Shown: in pieces, positions 8,850-18,862 of the stretch
How positions within the stretch are numbered: the first letter of the stretch is position 1
Layout: each line of letters starts with the position of its first letter
Origin: Candidatus Atelocyanobacterium thalassa isolate ALOHA
Lineage (GTDB): Bacteria > Cyanobacteriota > Cyanobacteriia > Cyanobacteriales > Microcystaceae
DNA length: 32,000 bases
Assembly (NCBI RefSeq): GCF_000025125.1
Contig: NC_013771.1
Coordinates: forward strand, 30,001 to 62,000
Direction: 5' to 3'
Notes under the pieces: generated by a model
Database searches by the model: none
Told to the model about the DNA's origin: nothing
What the model saw: the letters and a program-made list of their open reading frames with translations, nothing else
Translations under genes and position numbers: made by a program

Positions 8850-9329
8850 ATGGATAGGTCTGTGTCAATCAATTTTAACGAGCTTCGTGAATTATTAGGG
8901 TCAATAGCCCAAACCGATATTTCTGAGGTCACTTTAAAAACAGAAGCATTTGAATTAAAAGTGTGTAGAGAAGTAAAAACGACAACTTCTACTACATCAG
9001 CACCAATAGAGGTTGTTACTACGAATACTTCTATACCTCCAGCTAGTTCTGTTCAAACGACTTCAAGTTCTCCTTCTAAGTACGAACATTGGATCCCAAT
9101 CACTTCACCTATGGTTGGTATATTTTACTGTGCTTCAGCTCCAGAAGAGCCTCCATTCGTAGAGATTGGAGATCATGTTAGTAAAACCCAAACAGTTTGC
9201 ATCATCGAAGCGATGAAATTAATGAATGAAATTGAAGTAGAAATAGCAGGAGAAATTATGGAAATTCTTGTAAAGAATGGTGAACCTGTCGAATACGGAC
9301 AAACTTTAATATGGGTAAATCCTAAATAA
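8850..9329 (+). CDS. accB: Acetyl-CoA carboxylase biotin carboxyl carrier protein
   Basis: 159 aa with a Ser/Thr/Pro-rich linker and the biotinyl-lysine motif [13 protein letters not shown]. The efp-accB pairing is typical of cyanobacteria. Confidence 0.9.
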   Translation: MDRSVSINFNELRELLGSIAQTDISEVTLKTEAFELKVCREVKTTTSTTSAPIEVVTTNTSIPPASSVQTTSSSPSKYEHWIPITSPMVGIFYCASAPEEPPFVEIGDHVSKTQTVCIIEAMKLMNEIEVEIAGEIMEILVKNGEPVEYGQTLIWVNPK

Positions 9330-9400
9330 AAGAACTATAGAATATGATCTATTAAGTATTTTAAAAATAAAAAAAGTTTTGAGGATCAGTCTCTATTACC

Positions 9401-10576
9401 TTATTCATTAAGTCGATAACGTCTATGATAAGGCAATAGAGATTTTTCATTGGATTGATGTTTTATCCCATCCCAATAAAACCAATGAATATTATGATCG
9501 TAAAAGTTTAAGAGAATATCATTACCACTATTTAATTGTCCTTGATTTTTAATTAGTGCTCTAATTGTTAATTTTGATCCTTTAATTTGAACACTAATTA
9601 AACTTTCTTTCCCCAATTCTTCGACTAATTTAATCTTTCCACTAATTTTAAGACATTTATTTAATGAATTAGATTGATAAATATCTTCAGGGCGAATACC
9701 TAGCACAACATGCTTGGGCCATTTATTCTTACCGTTTATTTCCCATATATATTGAGAATCAAGATAACTCAAAGGAATTAAAAAGTCGCCTAAGACTGCA
9801 TTACTTCCTTCGCAAGATAACTCCAGTAAATTCATTTGAGGGCTTCCAACAAAGCCTGCTACAAATTGATTGGCTGGACGCTGATAAATTTCTCTAGGAG
9901 AAGCTAATTGTTGAACTTCGCCACCGAATAACACTGCAACTTTGTCTGATAATGTCATAGCTTCGGTCTGATCATGAGTAACATATACAACAGGTTTGTT
10001 TTGTTCTATAAATATTTGCTTAAGCTCAGCTCTTACTTGTTCCCTTAGAAGTGCATCCAAATTGCTCAAGGGCTCATCAAGTAAAAAAATGTCCGGGTTT
10101 CTAACTAGTGCACGAGCTAATGCAATTCTTTGTCTTTGTCCTCCTGAAAGCTTGCCTGGTTTCTCTGTTAAACAATCTTTCCCCTCTTGTAACTTTAATT
10201 GTTTAGCTGCCTTTTGAATACGTCTCTCAATCTCTTCTTCTGATAACTTACGAATTTTTAAAGCAGTAGCAATATTTTCCCTCGCTGTCATATGAGGATA
10301 GAGTGCATAACTTTGAAATACCATCGCTATATTACGGTCACCAGCTGAAATATTAGTGACATTTTTTTCTCCAATAAATATTTCTCCTTGTGTTGGTGTT
10401 TCTAGTCCTGCAATTAGTCTTAAAAGAGTTGACTTTCCGCAGCCAGAAGGTCCCAATAATGTTAAAAATTCCCCATCTCTTACTTCTATATCTGTTATTC
10501 CATTAACGACTATAAGGATTTTTCCTTTATTAATTTCATATTCTTTTCTTAAATTTTTTAATCTTAGCTTCGCCAT
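9401..10576 (-). CDS. ABC transporter ATP-binding protein, MalK/UgpC-like (carbohydrate-type importer ATPase)
   Basis: Walker A GPSGCGKST, signature LSGGQRQRIALARAL, Walker B FLLDEPLSNLD and H-loop VTHDQ. A ~150-aa C-terminal regulatory extension is typical of MalK-family ATPases. Confidence 0.85.
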   Translation of the reverse strand: MAKLRLKNLRKEYEINKGKILIVVNGITDIEVRDGEFLTLLGPSGCGKSTLLRLIAGLETPTQGEIFIGEKNVTNISAGDRNIAMVFQSYALYPHMTARENIATALKIRKLSEEEIERRIQKAAKQLKLQEGKDCLTEKPGKLSGGQRQRIALARALVRNPDIFLLDEPLSNLDALLREQVRAELKQIFIEQNKPVVYVTHDQTEAMTLSDKVAVLFGGEVQQLASPREIYQRPANQFVAGFVGSPQMNLLELSCEGSNAVLGDFLIPLSYLDSQYIWEINGKNKWPKHVVLGIRPEDIYQSNSLNKCLKISGKIKLVEELGKESLISVQIKGSKLTIRALIKNQGQLNSGNDILLNFYDHNIHWFYWDGIKHQSNEKSLLPYHRRYRLNE

Positions 10577-10767
10577 TATTTTTTTATAAAAGTCTAATTT
10601 TAAAAAGTTATATTTTTATTTATTTCCATTAAATCTAACAATTAAGTTAAAAAGCTTTAAAAAATCCATAATACGTTAAAGACGTTATCTGAAAATAGTA
10701 TAGTTTCTAATTGTTATAAATATTTTTCAAATATTTAAATAAAAACAAAATCTTAAAGACTCAACTT

Positions 10768-12732
10768 CTAATAATCAAGATTTTCTATATCTTTTGCAGA
10801 TGAACGACGACGGCGTCGACGAATTAAAGGTTTATTCCCATCAGCTTGCAGTGTATCAATATCATCAGCAAATGATTCCATCATAAGGAAATTACTTTCC
10901 TCTGATAAATCAATAGTCATTTGATCTTCTAAAACTGTTTCTGATAGTTTCGTACTTTTATCTAAAGATTTAAGAATAGTTTTATGTGATTTTAAACTTG
11001 ATTTTACTTTAGGTTCTTCAGGTAACTTTACTGTAACTAGAACAGATTTAGGATCTTTGAATTTACGATCAAGACGAACTAATGGAGAAATTCCCATTAA
11101 TGCATAAATATCTTGTTCAAGAGAGGTCATTTCTACAGAAACTTTTTCTATAGGGCTTTCTTCTCTTACTAAATGACGTGGCAGGCGTTCTCTTCGAGAC
11201 TCTACTATTTGTTCGTTATCATCTTCTATCTCTTTATTACTTAAATTATTAGCTATTTTTGTGGGAGCTTCTTCTTTTATAACTAAATTAGGAGATTGAC
11301 GTCGTCGTCGACGACGACTATTCGTAGCAGTATTATTTTGCTCTTGATAACTAGGATGGAATAAAAGTTCTAGTTCACTACTATTATCCTCTTCAAAGGA
11401 CGATTCCCAAGTTTGTTCACTAGATGATTCAGAAGATTTATTAGAAAAAGCTTGAGGAATAGAACTTGAAGCTAATTCAAGTGGAACAAGTTGTGATTCT
11501 CCTGGCAAAAATGCTAGATGTCCTAGACCTCCACAATTAGAACAAGGTTGTCCAAATAATTCATAAACATTTTTACCTTGTCGTTTACGTGTTAGTTCAA
11601 CTAACCCCAACTCAGACAATTGAGCAATTTGCGGTCTTGCTTTGTCTTCCTTTAATGCTTTATTAAAATGTTCAAGTAACTTTAACTGATCACGACGTGA
11701 GTCCATATCAATAAAATCTACAATAATTACTCCTCCAATATTACGTAAACGTAATTGACGAGCAATCTCAGTGGCAGCTTCACTATTAGTCCATAGAACT
11801 GTTTCTCTAGAAGTTGCTGAACGAGTAAAAGAACCTGAGTTAACATCAACAACTGTGAGTGCTTCAGTCGGTTCGATAATAATATAACCACCAGAAGGCA
11901 AATCTACTCTTGGCTTTAATGCCTCTCTAATTGCAGCATTAACGCGAAAATAATCTAAAATTGGCATCGACTCTTGATGATGATCAATCAAGACTCCTTC
12001 AGGTGGCCTTCCTCCGCTCCAATTCATTAAATGATGCTTAACTCTTTTGACCCCTGAAGTACTATCTACTACAATTCTATTAACATCAGCACTATAGATG
12101 TCTCTTAATACTCTCTGGATAAAATCATCGTCACGATTAAGTAATGAGGGAGCACGAGTGGCAGTAGCTTGAATTTGAACAGTTTCCCATTGTTTCTGTA
12201 AAAATTCTAAATCTTCCATAATTGCTTCTTCAGCCTGATCCTCTGCTTCAGTTCGAACTAGTAAACCCATACCAGCAGGTTTAATTAAAATAGCTAAAGC
12301 ACGCAAACGACTACGTTCATTATCATTGCCAATACGTCGAGATAGGTTGACACCTTTTCCATTAGGCATAAGAACTAAAAATCGACCGGGAAGGCTTACA
12401 TTTCCGGTGAGTCTGGGCCCTTTATTCCCAGTAGGCTCTTTCATGACCTGAACTAAAACTTTCTGCTGTGGTGTTAGCAAATCTATGATTCTACCGGCAC
12501 TCCGCTTTAAACGTAAAGGCCCTAAATCAGTTACATGTATAAAACCATTACGTTCTGCATCTCCGATGTTAACAAATGCAGCATCAATACCTGGAATGAC
12601 ATTCTCAACCACTCCTAAAAAAATATCGCTTACTTGCTGATTGCCAGTGGCAACTACCAATTCTTGTATTTGATCTTCCCAAAATACAGCAGCAATATGA
12701 TGTTGTTCTGTAATAATAATTTGCTTAGGCAT
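10768..12732 (-). CDS. rne: Ribonuclease E (compact cyanobacterial type)
   Basis: The N-terminus MPKQIIITEQHHIAAVFWEDQIQELVV...GVVENVIPGIDAAFVNIGDAERNGFIHVTDL gives the S1 domain. The catalytic core includes VVDVNSG and a CxxC Zn-link (CSNCGG). The non-catalytic C-terminal half has two Arg6 runs, one in the terminal RRRRRRSSAKD segment. Confidence 0.93.
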   Translation of the reverse strand: MPKQIIITEQHHIAAVFWEDQIQELVVATGNQQVSDIFLGVVENVIPGIDAAFVNIGDAERNGFIHVTDLGPLRLKRSAGRIIDLLTPQQKVLVQVMKEPTGNKGPRLTGNVSLPGRFLVLMPNGKGVNLSRRIGNDNERSRLRALAILIKPAGMGLLVRTEAEDQAEEAIMEDLEFLQKQWETVQIQATATRAPSLLNRDDDFIQRVLRDIYSADVNRIVVDSTSGVKRVKHHLMNWSGGRPPEGVLIDHHQESMPILDYFRVNAAIREALKPRVDLPSGGYIIIEPTEALTVVDVNSGSFTRSATSRETVLWTNSEAATEIARQLRLRNIGGVIIVDFIDMDSRRDQLKLLEHFNKALKEDKARPQIAQLSELGLVELTRKRQGKNVYELFGQPCSNCGGLGHLAFLPGESQLVPLELASSSIPQAFSNKSSESSSEQTWESSFEEDNSSELELLFHPSYQEQNNTATNSRRRRRRQSPNLVIKEEAPTKIANNLSNKEIEDDNEQIVESRRERLPRHLVREESPIEKVSVEMTSLEQDIYALMGISPLVRLDRKFKDPKSVLVTVKLPEEPKVKSSLKSHKTILKSLDKSTKLSETVLEDQMTIDLSEESNFLMMESFADDIDTLQADGNKPLIRRRRRRSSAKDIENLDY

Positions 12733-13804
12733 TCAATTCCCTCAAACTCGTATAAGAGATAATGATAGTTAAAAAATTCTGGTTTACTTGTTTAAAAGTT
12801 TATTGAAAAGTTAATCAAGACTGAATATCATGACATCAAAGTTTTGGAAAAGAGCAACTAGATGAACTCATTTTTATTCTTAATGTCATACCAGCCGCTA
12901 TGGTGCCAACTTAGATTAAACATGGAGAGGAACTTACATAGGTTGAAAGTTTTGTTTATCCACCCCATTAGGGAAAAGCTTATTTAATATTTCTGAGAAT
13001 TTTGTAGAATAGTCCTGTACTTAGTTGATATTTACTTATACTAATTCAAGTTATATCAAGGCACTTTCCAGTAAAATTAATAATTAAATATAAAATTAGA
13101 TAGAAGCTTTGGTTTTTGTTAATTTGTCAGTTAAACAAATTGATTGATAGAGTCATACTTTTAAATTATCTATTGTGAAACCTTTCAGGATAGCTACACA
13201 TCTATCTGTTCCTAATACTCAATATAATTTGGTATCATTGTAAGAATATAACTCAAAGAGTACGCTTTTGACAACAGAAATATTTTTTGGAATACAATAA
13301 AATTGGTTTAATATAGTGTCTATTTTTTATATTTATTAATAATATAAAAATAGAACACCTAAGTAATTATACAGCATAAGATCGCTAAATATACTTACTA
13401 AACAATCATGATTGTCTTACATTCATAAAGTATTTCCTATTAATTGAATCGTAAAAAATATTATTTTCTATAAAATTTATAGTACTAATCTTATTACAAT
13501 CCTTTAATTAAAAATTTTTATGAAAATATCATGTTACTAATAGATTGTAGACATAAAATGTTTTCAAACAATAATTTCAATGAAAATAAATTAATATTTT
13601 TTAAAAAATTCACTTGATACTTTAATAATTAGTACTAATTATTTAGAATAATATCTATAAAAACATTACTTACAATCAGTCTTATATTAGTTTTTTTATT
13701 ATGTATTCACAAGGTAAAAATTTATCCAAAAAAGATTGATATCCTATACTGAAACCAATACTTATAATTGTGCCTGAAACTATATCTATAAAAACTACTA
13801 ATTA

Positions 13805-13902
13805 AAAGACCCGGAGTCTACGCCTATTGCAAGCATCCCTTATTGCTGCTACTTTCCAGTCCTGACAAGATTTGGGCGTTGCAATCGCATAGGTCCGAGC
13901 CG
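13805..13902 (-). ncRNA. ffs: Signal recognition particle RNA (4.5S-type, small bacterial SRP RNA)
   Basis: The reverse strand reads GGCTCGGACCTATGCGATTGCAACGCCCAAATCTTGTCAGGACTGGAAAGTAGCAGCAATAAGGGATGCTTGCAATAGGCGTAGACTCCGGGTCTTTT. It contains the domain IV signature GTCAGG-n-GGAA tetraloop-n-AGCAGC (compare E. coli GGUCAGGUCCGGAAGGAAGCAGCC). The 5' and 3' ends pair into a long helix (CTCGGACCTA.../...TAGACTCCGGG) and the gene ends in a T run. End coordinates are +/- 5 nt. Confidence 0.75.
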
Positions 13903-13938
13903 ATTTCTAGCATAACACAAAAAATTATTTTTTAACGA

Positions 13939-14232
13939 CTATTCATTATTGTTAAGAATTTTTGGAACTTTAAAAAATTCTCCTTCTCTACTTGGAGCCT
14001 CTTCTAGAAGAAGATCTCTATTCATACAAGTTTGTGATACATCATCACGAGTAATATTTTTTAATTCAATAGCATGTATAGTCGGGATCACTTTTTCAGT
14101 GTCTAACTCATTTAACATTTCAAAATGTTTTATCACATCTCCTAATTGACTCGCAAATTTTTCTTCTTCTTTAGGATCAATGTTTAAACGAGCCAAATGA
14201 GCAATTTTGCGAATTTGCTGATTATTTAACAT
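13939..14232 (-). CDS. gatC: Asp-tRNA(Asn)/Glu-tRNA(Gln) amidotransferase subunit C
   Basis: 97 aa beginning MLNNQQIRKIAHLARLNIDPKEEEKFASQLGDVIKHFEML..., the characteristic GatC sequence and size. Confidence 0.85.
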   Translation of the reverse strand: MLNNQQIRKIAHLARLNIDPKEEEKFASQLGDVIKHFEMLNELDTEKVIPTIHAIELKNITRDDVSQTCMNRDLLLEEAPSREGEFFKVPKILNNNE

Positions 14233-14289
14233 AAACTAATTGTAATTTTCTTATTTAAGTTGGTAGTAAAAAATTTATAACTTTCTGCT

Positions 14290-14811
14290 CTAGAAAAAAA
14301 CATCCATTTCAGAGCGTCCTGTAATCTTTAGCCAATTTTGAGCTTCTATATAATTATTTGGAGCAATGCGTATTGCTTGCTTCCAATATTCAGCAGCTTG
14401 ATCAAAAAGAGTTTCAGCATTACTTTCACTACCCTCAGTTTTAGCTCTTTCTCCTTGATAGTGATAAATTACTGCAATATTATTTAAAGCTGATGGCATT
14501 TGAGGATTTAAATTAATAGCTTGTTTATAATAGTCTAAAGCTTTGGCATGTTCTCCGTTGCTAGCATAGATAATACCAATATTGTAAAGAATATAACTAC
14601 GATCATTATCGTCTTCTTCTAACTTGAGTGCTTCGTTATAATTATCTAGAGCCTCAGCGTATTCTCCATCTGCTTGAGCTGACATGCCATCTCTATAGTA
14701 AGCAAAAGCTTCTTTTGCTTTTTTATTAGCAGGCAAAATTTTAAATATAATATCTGCCATTACAGTAAAACTTTTATCTATGAAATTGTCATTGCGCTGA
14801 GTTCTAGGCAT
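14290..14811 (-). CDS. ycf3: Photosystem I assembly protein Ycf3 (TPR protein)
   Basis: 173 aa beginning [27 protein letters not shown]...[28 protein letters not shown], with three TPR units. This is a near-canonical Ycf3 sequence. Confidence 0.92.
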   Translation of the reverse strand: MPRTQRNDNFIDKSFTVMADIIFKILPANKKAKEAFAYYRDGMSAQADGEYAEALDNYNEALKLEEDDNDRSYILYNIGIIYASNGEHAKALDYYKQAINLNPQMPSALNNIAVIYHYQGERAKTEGSESNAETLFDQAAEYWKQAIRIAPNNYIEAQNWLKITGRSEMDVFF

Positions 14812-14855
14812 GGTTTCTAAAGTATAAAATTATATGGTTATATCTTATCAAAGTT

Positions 14856-15695
14856 TTATCCTTTAACTCCACTTCCTGAATCAGTAGGGATAATATACTG
14901 TTGTACAAGTATAAATAAGAAAACAACTGGAATTATAGAGATAATCGATCCAGCAGAAATCAGACGCCAATCTAGATCTAAAGAATTAGCTAATTTAGCA
15001 ATTCCTAACGGTAAGGTGTAATAAGATGGATCATCTAAGACAATTAAAGGCCATAAGAAATCACTCCAGGATCCAATAAAAATAAAGAATGCTAAAGTTA
15101 TCAAAGCTGGTCGAACAGCAGGAATCATAACATTCCACCATATATCAAATTCTGAGCAACCGTCTATTTTGGCTGCTTCCTCTAGTTCTTTAGGAATTTC
15201 TTTAAATGCTTGTCGTAGAAAAAAAATACCAAAAGTTGATACTAAGTTAGGAATAATAGCGCCTAAATAAGTATTGCGGAGATTTAAATTAACTGCCAGG
15301 ATAAACAAAGGTATCATAATGATCTGGGATGGTATCATGATAGTAGAAACTATGAACGCCCATATTGTATCTCTGCCTAGAAAATCTATTCTAGCTAATG
15401 GATAGGCTGCAAGAGAACATAGAATGAGATTTAAACATACAGTTATAAAAGCTATCCAAAAACTATTAAATAAGTATTTTTCGAAAGGATAATTTTGCCA
15501 GACAGTTATAAAATTCTGCCAGGTAGGTTGACTAGGTAGCCAAGATGTTAAAGTTCCTGATACATCTTCAGTTGAAGGCTTGAAAGCAGTTCCAAAAAGC
15601 CAAATCAAAGGGAAAAGAGTTGATATAGCAATTACTATAAGTAATAAATATGTGAAAATATTTTTAGAAATTGATTTAGGTTTTCTATTTCTCAT
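14856..15695 (-). CDS. ABC transporter permease, MalG/carbohydrate-uptake family
   Basis: 279 aa with about six predicted TM segments. The EAA loop is EEAAKIDGCSEFDIWWNVMIPAVRPAL. Confidence 0.85.
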   Translation of the reverse strand: MRNRKPKSISKNIFTYLLLIVIAISTLFPLIWLFGTAFKPSTEDVSGTLTSWLPSQPTWQNFITVWQNYPFEKYLFNSFWIAFITVCLNLILCSLAAYPLARIDFLGRDTIWAFIVSTIMIPSQIIMIPLFILAVNLNLRNTYLGAIIPNLVSTFGIFFLRQAFKEIPKELEEAAKIDGCSEFDIWWNVMIPAVRPALITLAFFIFIGSWSDFLWPLIVLDDPSYYTLPLGIAKLANSLDLDWRLISAGSIISIIPVVFLFILVQQYIIPTDSGSGVKG

Positions 15696-15908
15696 CTATT
15701 ATCAGTTTAGTATAAATACTCGAAACATAATGAGGCAGCAGTTATTATCAGATTACCAAGTTAAATATTTTAAAAACTAACAATAATGTTTAATTAAAAC
15801 ATATTTTTTAGTTTTTAAAATTGATTTTTAATCTTTATTTCAATGTAATCACTAATAAACTAATTATGTAAATAATCATAGGAAATTTATTTCCTTAAAA
15901 TAATTTTT

Positions 15909-18791
15909 TTAAAATTTCTTTGATATTGCAGAGTGACATCTATCACAAATTGTAGGATCATCTATAAAATCACCAACTGTTGTTGAATAATTCCAGCAAC
16001 GATCACATTTCTCACCTTCTGCCTTAACCACACCAATATAAAATAACTCTGATTCACTTTGATATTTAAGAGATTTAATTTGATCTAAATCTTCTATCAA
16101 CTCTACTCGGGAAACTAAAAAGAAGTAACGTAGTTCATCAACGCAATTACCTTGTAAAAAAGTATCCTGAGAATCAAATTTCATTAATTGTTGTTTAAAT
16201 TTCACATCTTTGATGTGAAGAATTATTTTTGCATCTAAAGAAGACCCGATAACTTTATTTTGTCGAGCTAACTCTAAAACATTATTAATATCATTTCTAA
16301 TTAATCTTAGGTTAACCCAAAAAGTTTTTAATTCTGGTTGGTCCAACTCTTGTATCTTATCAACCCATCCTCCTTCAAAGACAGAATTATAGGAAAGCTT
16401 ACAAGATGAGTGTTGCCAAATATCTTCAGCCATATGAGATAGTACGGGAGCAATCATTGTCGATAAGTTTTTAATAGCTAAGAATAAAACTGTTTGACAG
16501 CTACGGCGACGAAATGAGTTAGGAGAAGATATATATAATCTATCTTTAGCTATGTCAAGATAAAAATTAGACAAATCTACAATACAAAAATTTTGAATTG
16601 CTTGATAAAAATTAGAAAAATGAAAAGTTTCAAATGCTTTAGTTACTTCTTTAGAAACTTCAGCAATACGATTCAACATATACCGATCTAATTCTGGTAA
16701 CTTTTCATAAGAAACTGTATCTTTTTGTGGATCAAAATCATGTAAATTACCTAATAAAAAACGTGCTGTATTTCTTATCTTTCGATAAACGTCCGAGATT
16801 TGTTTAAGAATTGTCTCCCCAACAAGAACATCTGAAGAGTAATCAACTGATGATACCCAAAGTCTTAAGACATCAGCTCCATAGGCAGGTTCTTTTTTCT
16901 TATTATTTCCTCCGTTAATTATGACATCAGGATTAATTACATTTCCCAATGATTTACTCATTTTTCTTCCTTGCTGATCTAAAACAAAACCATGAGTTAA
17001 TACTGTTTTATAAGGAGCAATTCCGTTGACAGCAACACTAGTTAAAAGGCTAGATTGAAACCATCCTCTATGTTGATCTGAACCTTCCAAATACATATCA
17101 ACAGGATACTTTGATTTAGATTGTTGTTTAATCACAGATGCCCAAGAAGAGCCAGAATCAAACCAAACATCCATCGTATCAGTTCCTTTTCGATAACGAT
17201 GATGATCTTGTTTATATTCTTCTGGAAGTAGTTTTTCGATAGACATTTCCCACCAAGCATTAGCTCCTTTTCTAGCAAATATTTCTTGTATATTTTTAAC
17301 CGTTTCTTCAGTCAGTAAAGCTTCATTAGTTTCTTTGTCATAAAAAACTGGAATAGGAACGCCCCAACTTCTTTGTCGGGAGATACACCAGTCTGAACGA
17401 TCATTAACCATTGAAGTAATACGATTAATACCTTGAGATGGAATCCAATTTACATTTTTTATAGCACTTATAGCATGTGCTCTAAAACCTTCTACTGAAG
17501 CAAACCATTGTTCTGTTGCACGAAAAATAGTTGGTTTTTTGGTTCTCCAATCATATGGATATTTATGCTCATAAAGTTCTTCTTTAATTAAAACTTTTTC
17601 TTCTTTGAGCCTATTAATAATAACTTCATTAGCATCTTTTAGAACGTTCAATCCAGCGAATGGTCCTGCTTCTTCTGTTAGAATTCCTTTGTTATCAACA
17701 GGAGACAATATTTCTAAGCCATACTTTTGCCCTACTAAGTAATCTTCTTGTCCGTGACCTGGGGCGGTATGAACTAACCCAGTACCAGAACTAGTATTAA
17801 TATAGTCACCACCAATAACAATTTTACATTCTCTATCAAACAGAGAATGTCTATAAATCGTATTTTCTAATAAATTTCCTGAAAAAGTTGCTCGTATTTT
17901 CAAAGAGGTTTCGAATACTTGTGATAGCTTGTCAACTAAATCTTCAGCTACGATTAGATATTTATGTTTACAAACCCCGGTAGTTTGCTCAACTACTGAA
18001 TATTTAATAACTGGATTTACTGCTACTGCTAAATTGGCAGGAATTGTCCAAGGAGTTGTAGTCCAAATTACAACTCCTAAATCTGATAAAAAGTCTTTTA
18101 AAATACCTGTTATTTCTTGTGATGCATTAGTAACAGAAAAAGCAGTATAAATACTACGGGAAACATGTCCCTCTGGATATTCTAACTCTGCTTCTGCTAA
18201 AGCAGTTTGTGAGCTTGGACTCCAATGAACAGGTTTAAGGCCTCGATAAATATATCCTTTGTTAAACATATTCCAAAACACACCAATCTGTGCAGCTTCA
18301 TATTCAGGAAGCATTGTTAAGTAAGGATTGTGCCAATCTCCCCACACTCCTAATCTTTGAAAACTTTTAGCTTGTTCTTGTTGGGTTTTAAGTGCAAAAT
18401 CACGAGCTTTATATCTTAATTGAAGGGGATTTAAATTTTGTCTTTCTTTTGAACTAATACTTTGTAAGACTTTTAATTCAATTGGAAGCCCATGGCAATC
18501 CCAGCCAGGAATATAGCTTATCTTATGTCCTTGCAATAATTTATATTTGTTGATAAAGTCTTTTAAAATTTTATTTAATGCATGTCCCATATGAAGAGAA
18601 CCATTAGCATAAGGAGGTCCATCATGAAGGATAAATAACTCTTCTGGATTTTCTTCAGATAGTTTTTTATAAACTTTATTCTTTATCCAAAATTCTTGTA
18701 ATTCTGGTTCTTTTGAAACAGAATTAGCACGCATATTAAAATCAGTCTGAGGTAAATTTACTGTATTCTTATAATTTTTTTGTTCTGTCAC
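15909..18791 (-). CDS. ileS: Isoleucine--tRNA ligase
   Basis: 960 aa with the HIGH-class motif PPYANGSLHMGHALN, KMSKS (GRKMSKSLGN), an editing-domain insertion and a C-terminal CDRC...CDRC zinc motif. Confidence 0.95.
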   Translation of the reverse strand: MTEQKNYKNTVNLPQTDFNMRANSVSKEPELQEFWIKNKVYKKLSEENPEELFILHDGPPYANGSLHMGHALNKILKDFINKYKLLQGHKISYIPGWDCHGLPIELKVLQSISSKERQNLNPLQLRYKARDFALKTQQEQAKSFQRLGVWGDWHNPYLTMLPEYEAAQIGVFWNMFNKGYIYRGLKPVHWSPSSQTALAEAELEYPEGHVSRSIYTAFSVTNASQEITGILKDFLSDLGVVIWTTTPWTIPANLAVAVNPVIKYSVVEQTTGVCKHKYLIVAEDLVDKLSQVFETSLKIRATFSGNLLENTIYRHSLFDRECKIVIGGDYINTSSGTGLVHTAPGHGQEDYLVGQKYGLEILSPVDNKGILTEEAGPFAGLNVLKDANEVIINRLKEEKVLIKEELYEHKYPYDWRTKKPTIFRATEQWFASVEGFRAHAISAIKNVNWIPSQGINRITSMVNDRSDWCISRQRSWGVPIPVFYDKETNEALLTEETVKNIQEIFARKGANAWWEMSIEKLLPEEYKQDHHRYRKGTDTMDVWFDSGSSWASVIKQQSKSKYPVDMYLEGSDQHRGWFQSSLLTSVAVNGIAPYKTVLTHGFVLDQQGRKMSKSLGNVINPDVIINGGNNKKKEPAYGADVLRLWVSSVDYSSDVLVGETILKQISDVYRKIRNTARFLLGNLHDFDPQKDTVSYEKLPELDRYMLNRIAEVSKEVTKAFETFHFSNFYQAIQNFCIVDLSNFYLDIAKDRLYISSPNSFRRRSCQTVLFLAIKNLSTMIAPVLSHMAEDIWQHSSCKLSYNSVFEGGWVDKIQELDQPELKTFWVNLRLIRNDINNVLELARQNKVIGSSLDAKIILHIKDVKFKQQLMKFDSQDTFLQGNCVDELRYFFLVSRVELIEDLDQIKSLKYQSESELFYIGVVKAEGEKCDRCWNYSTTVGDFIDDPTICDRCHSAISKKF

Positions 18792-18862
18792 AATATTAAT
18801 TAGGGTATTTGTATCGGTTTACACTTTATCTTGATTATTAAATCGATAGTTAAAAATTAAAT

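Noticed and set aside
12858-12968. 36-codon minus-strand ORF (MGWINKTFNLCKFLSMFNLSWHHSGWYDIKNKNEFI) in the slightly GC-richer part of the rne upstream spacer.
   Set aside because: It has no Shine-Dalgarno sequence and no resemblance to any protein family I know, and its length is within chance expectation. The local GC rise could equally reflect an RNA element or a gene remnant, which is covered under the spacer finding.
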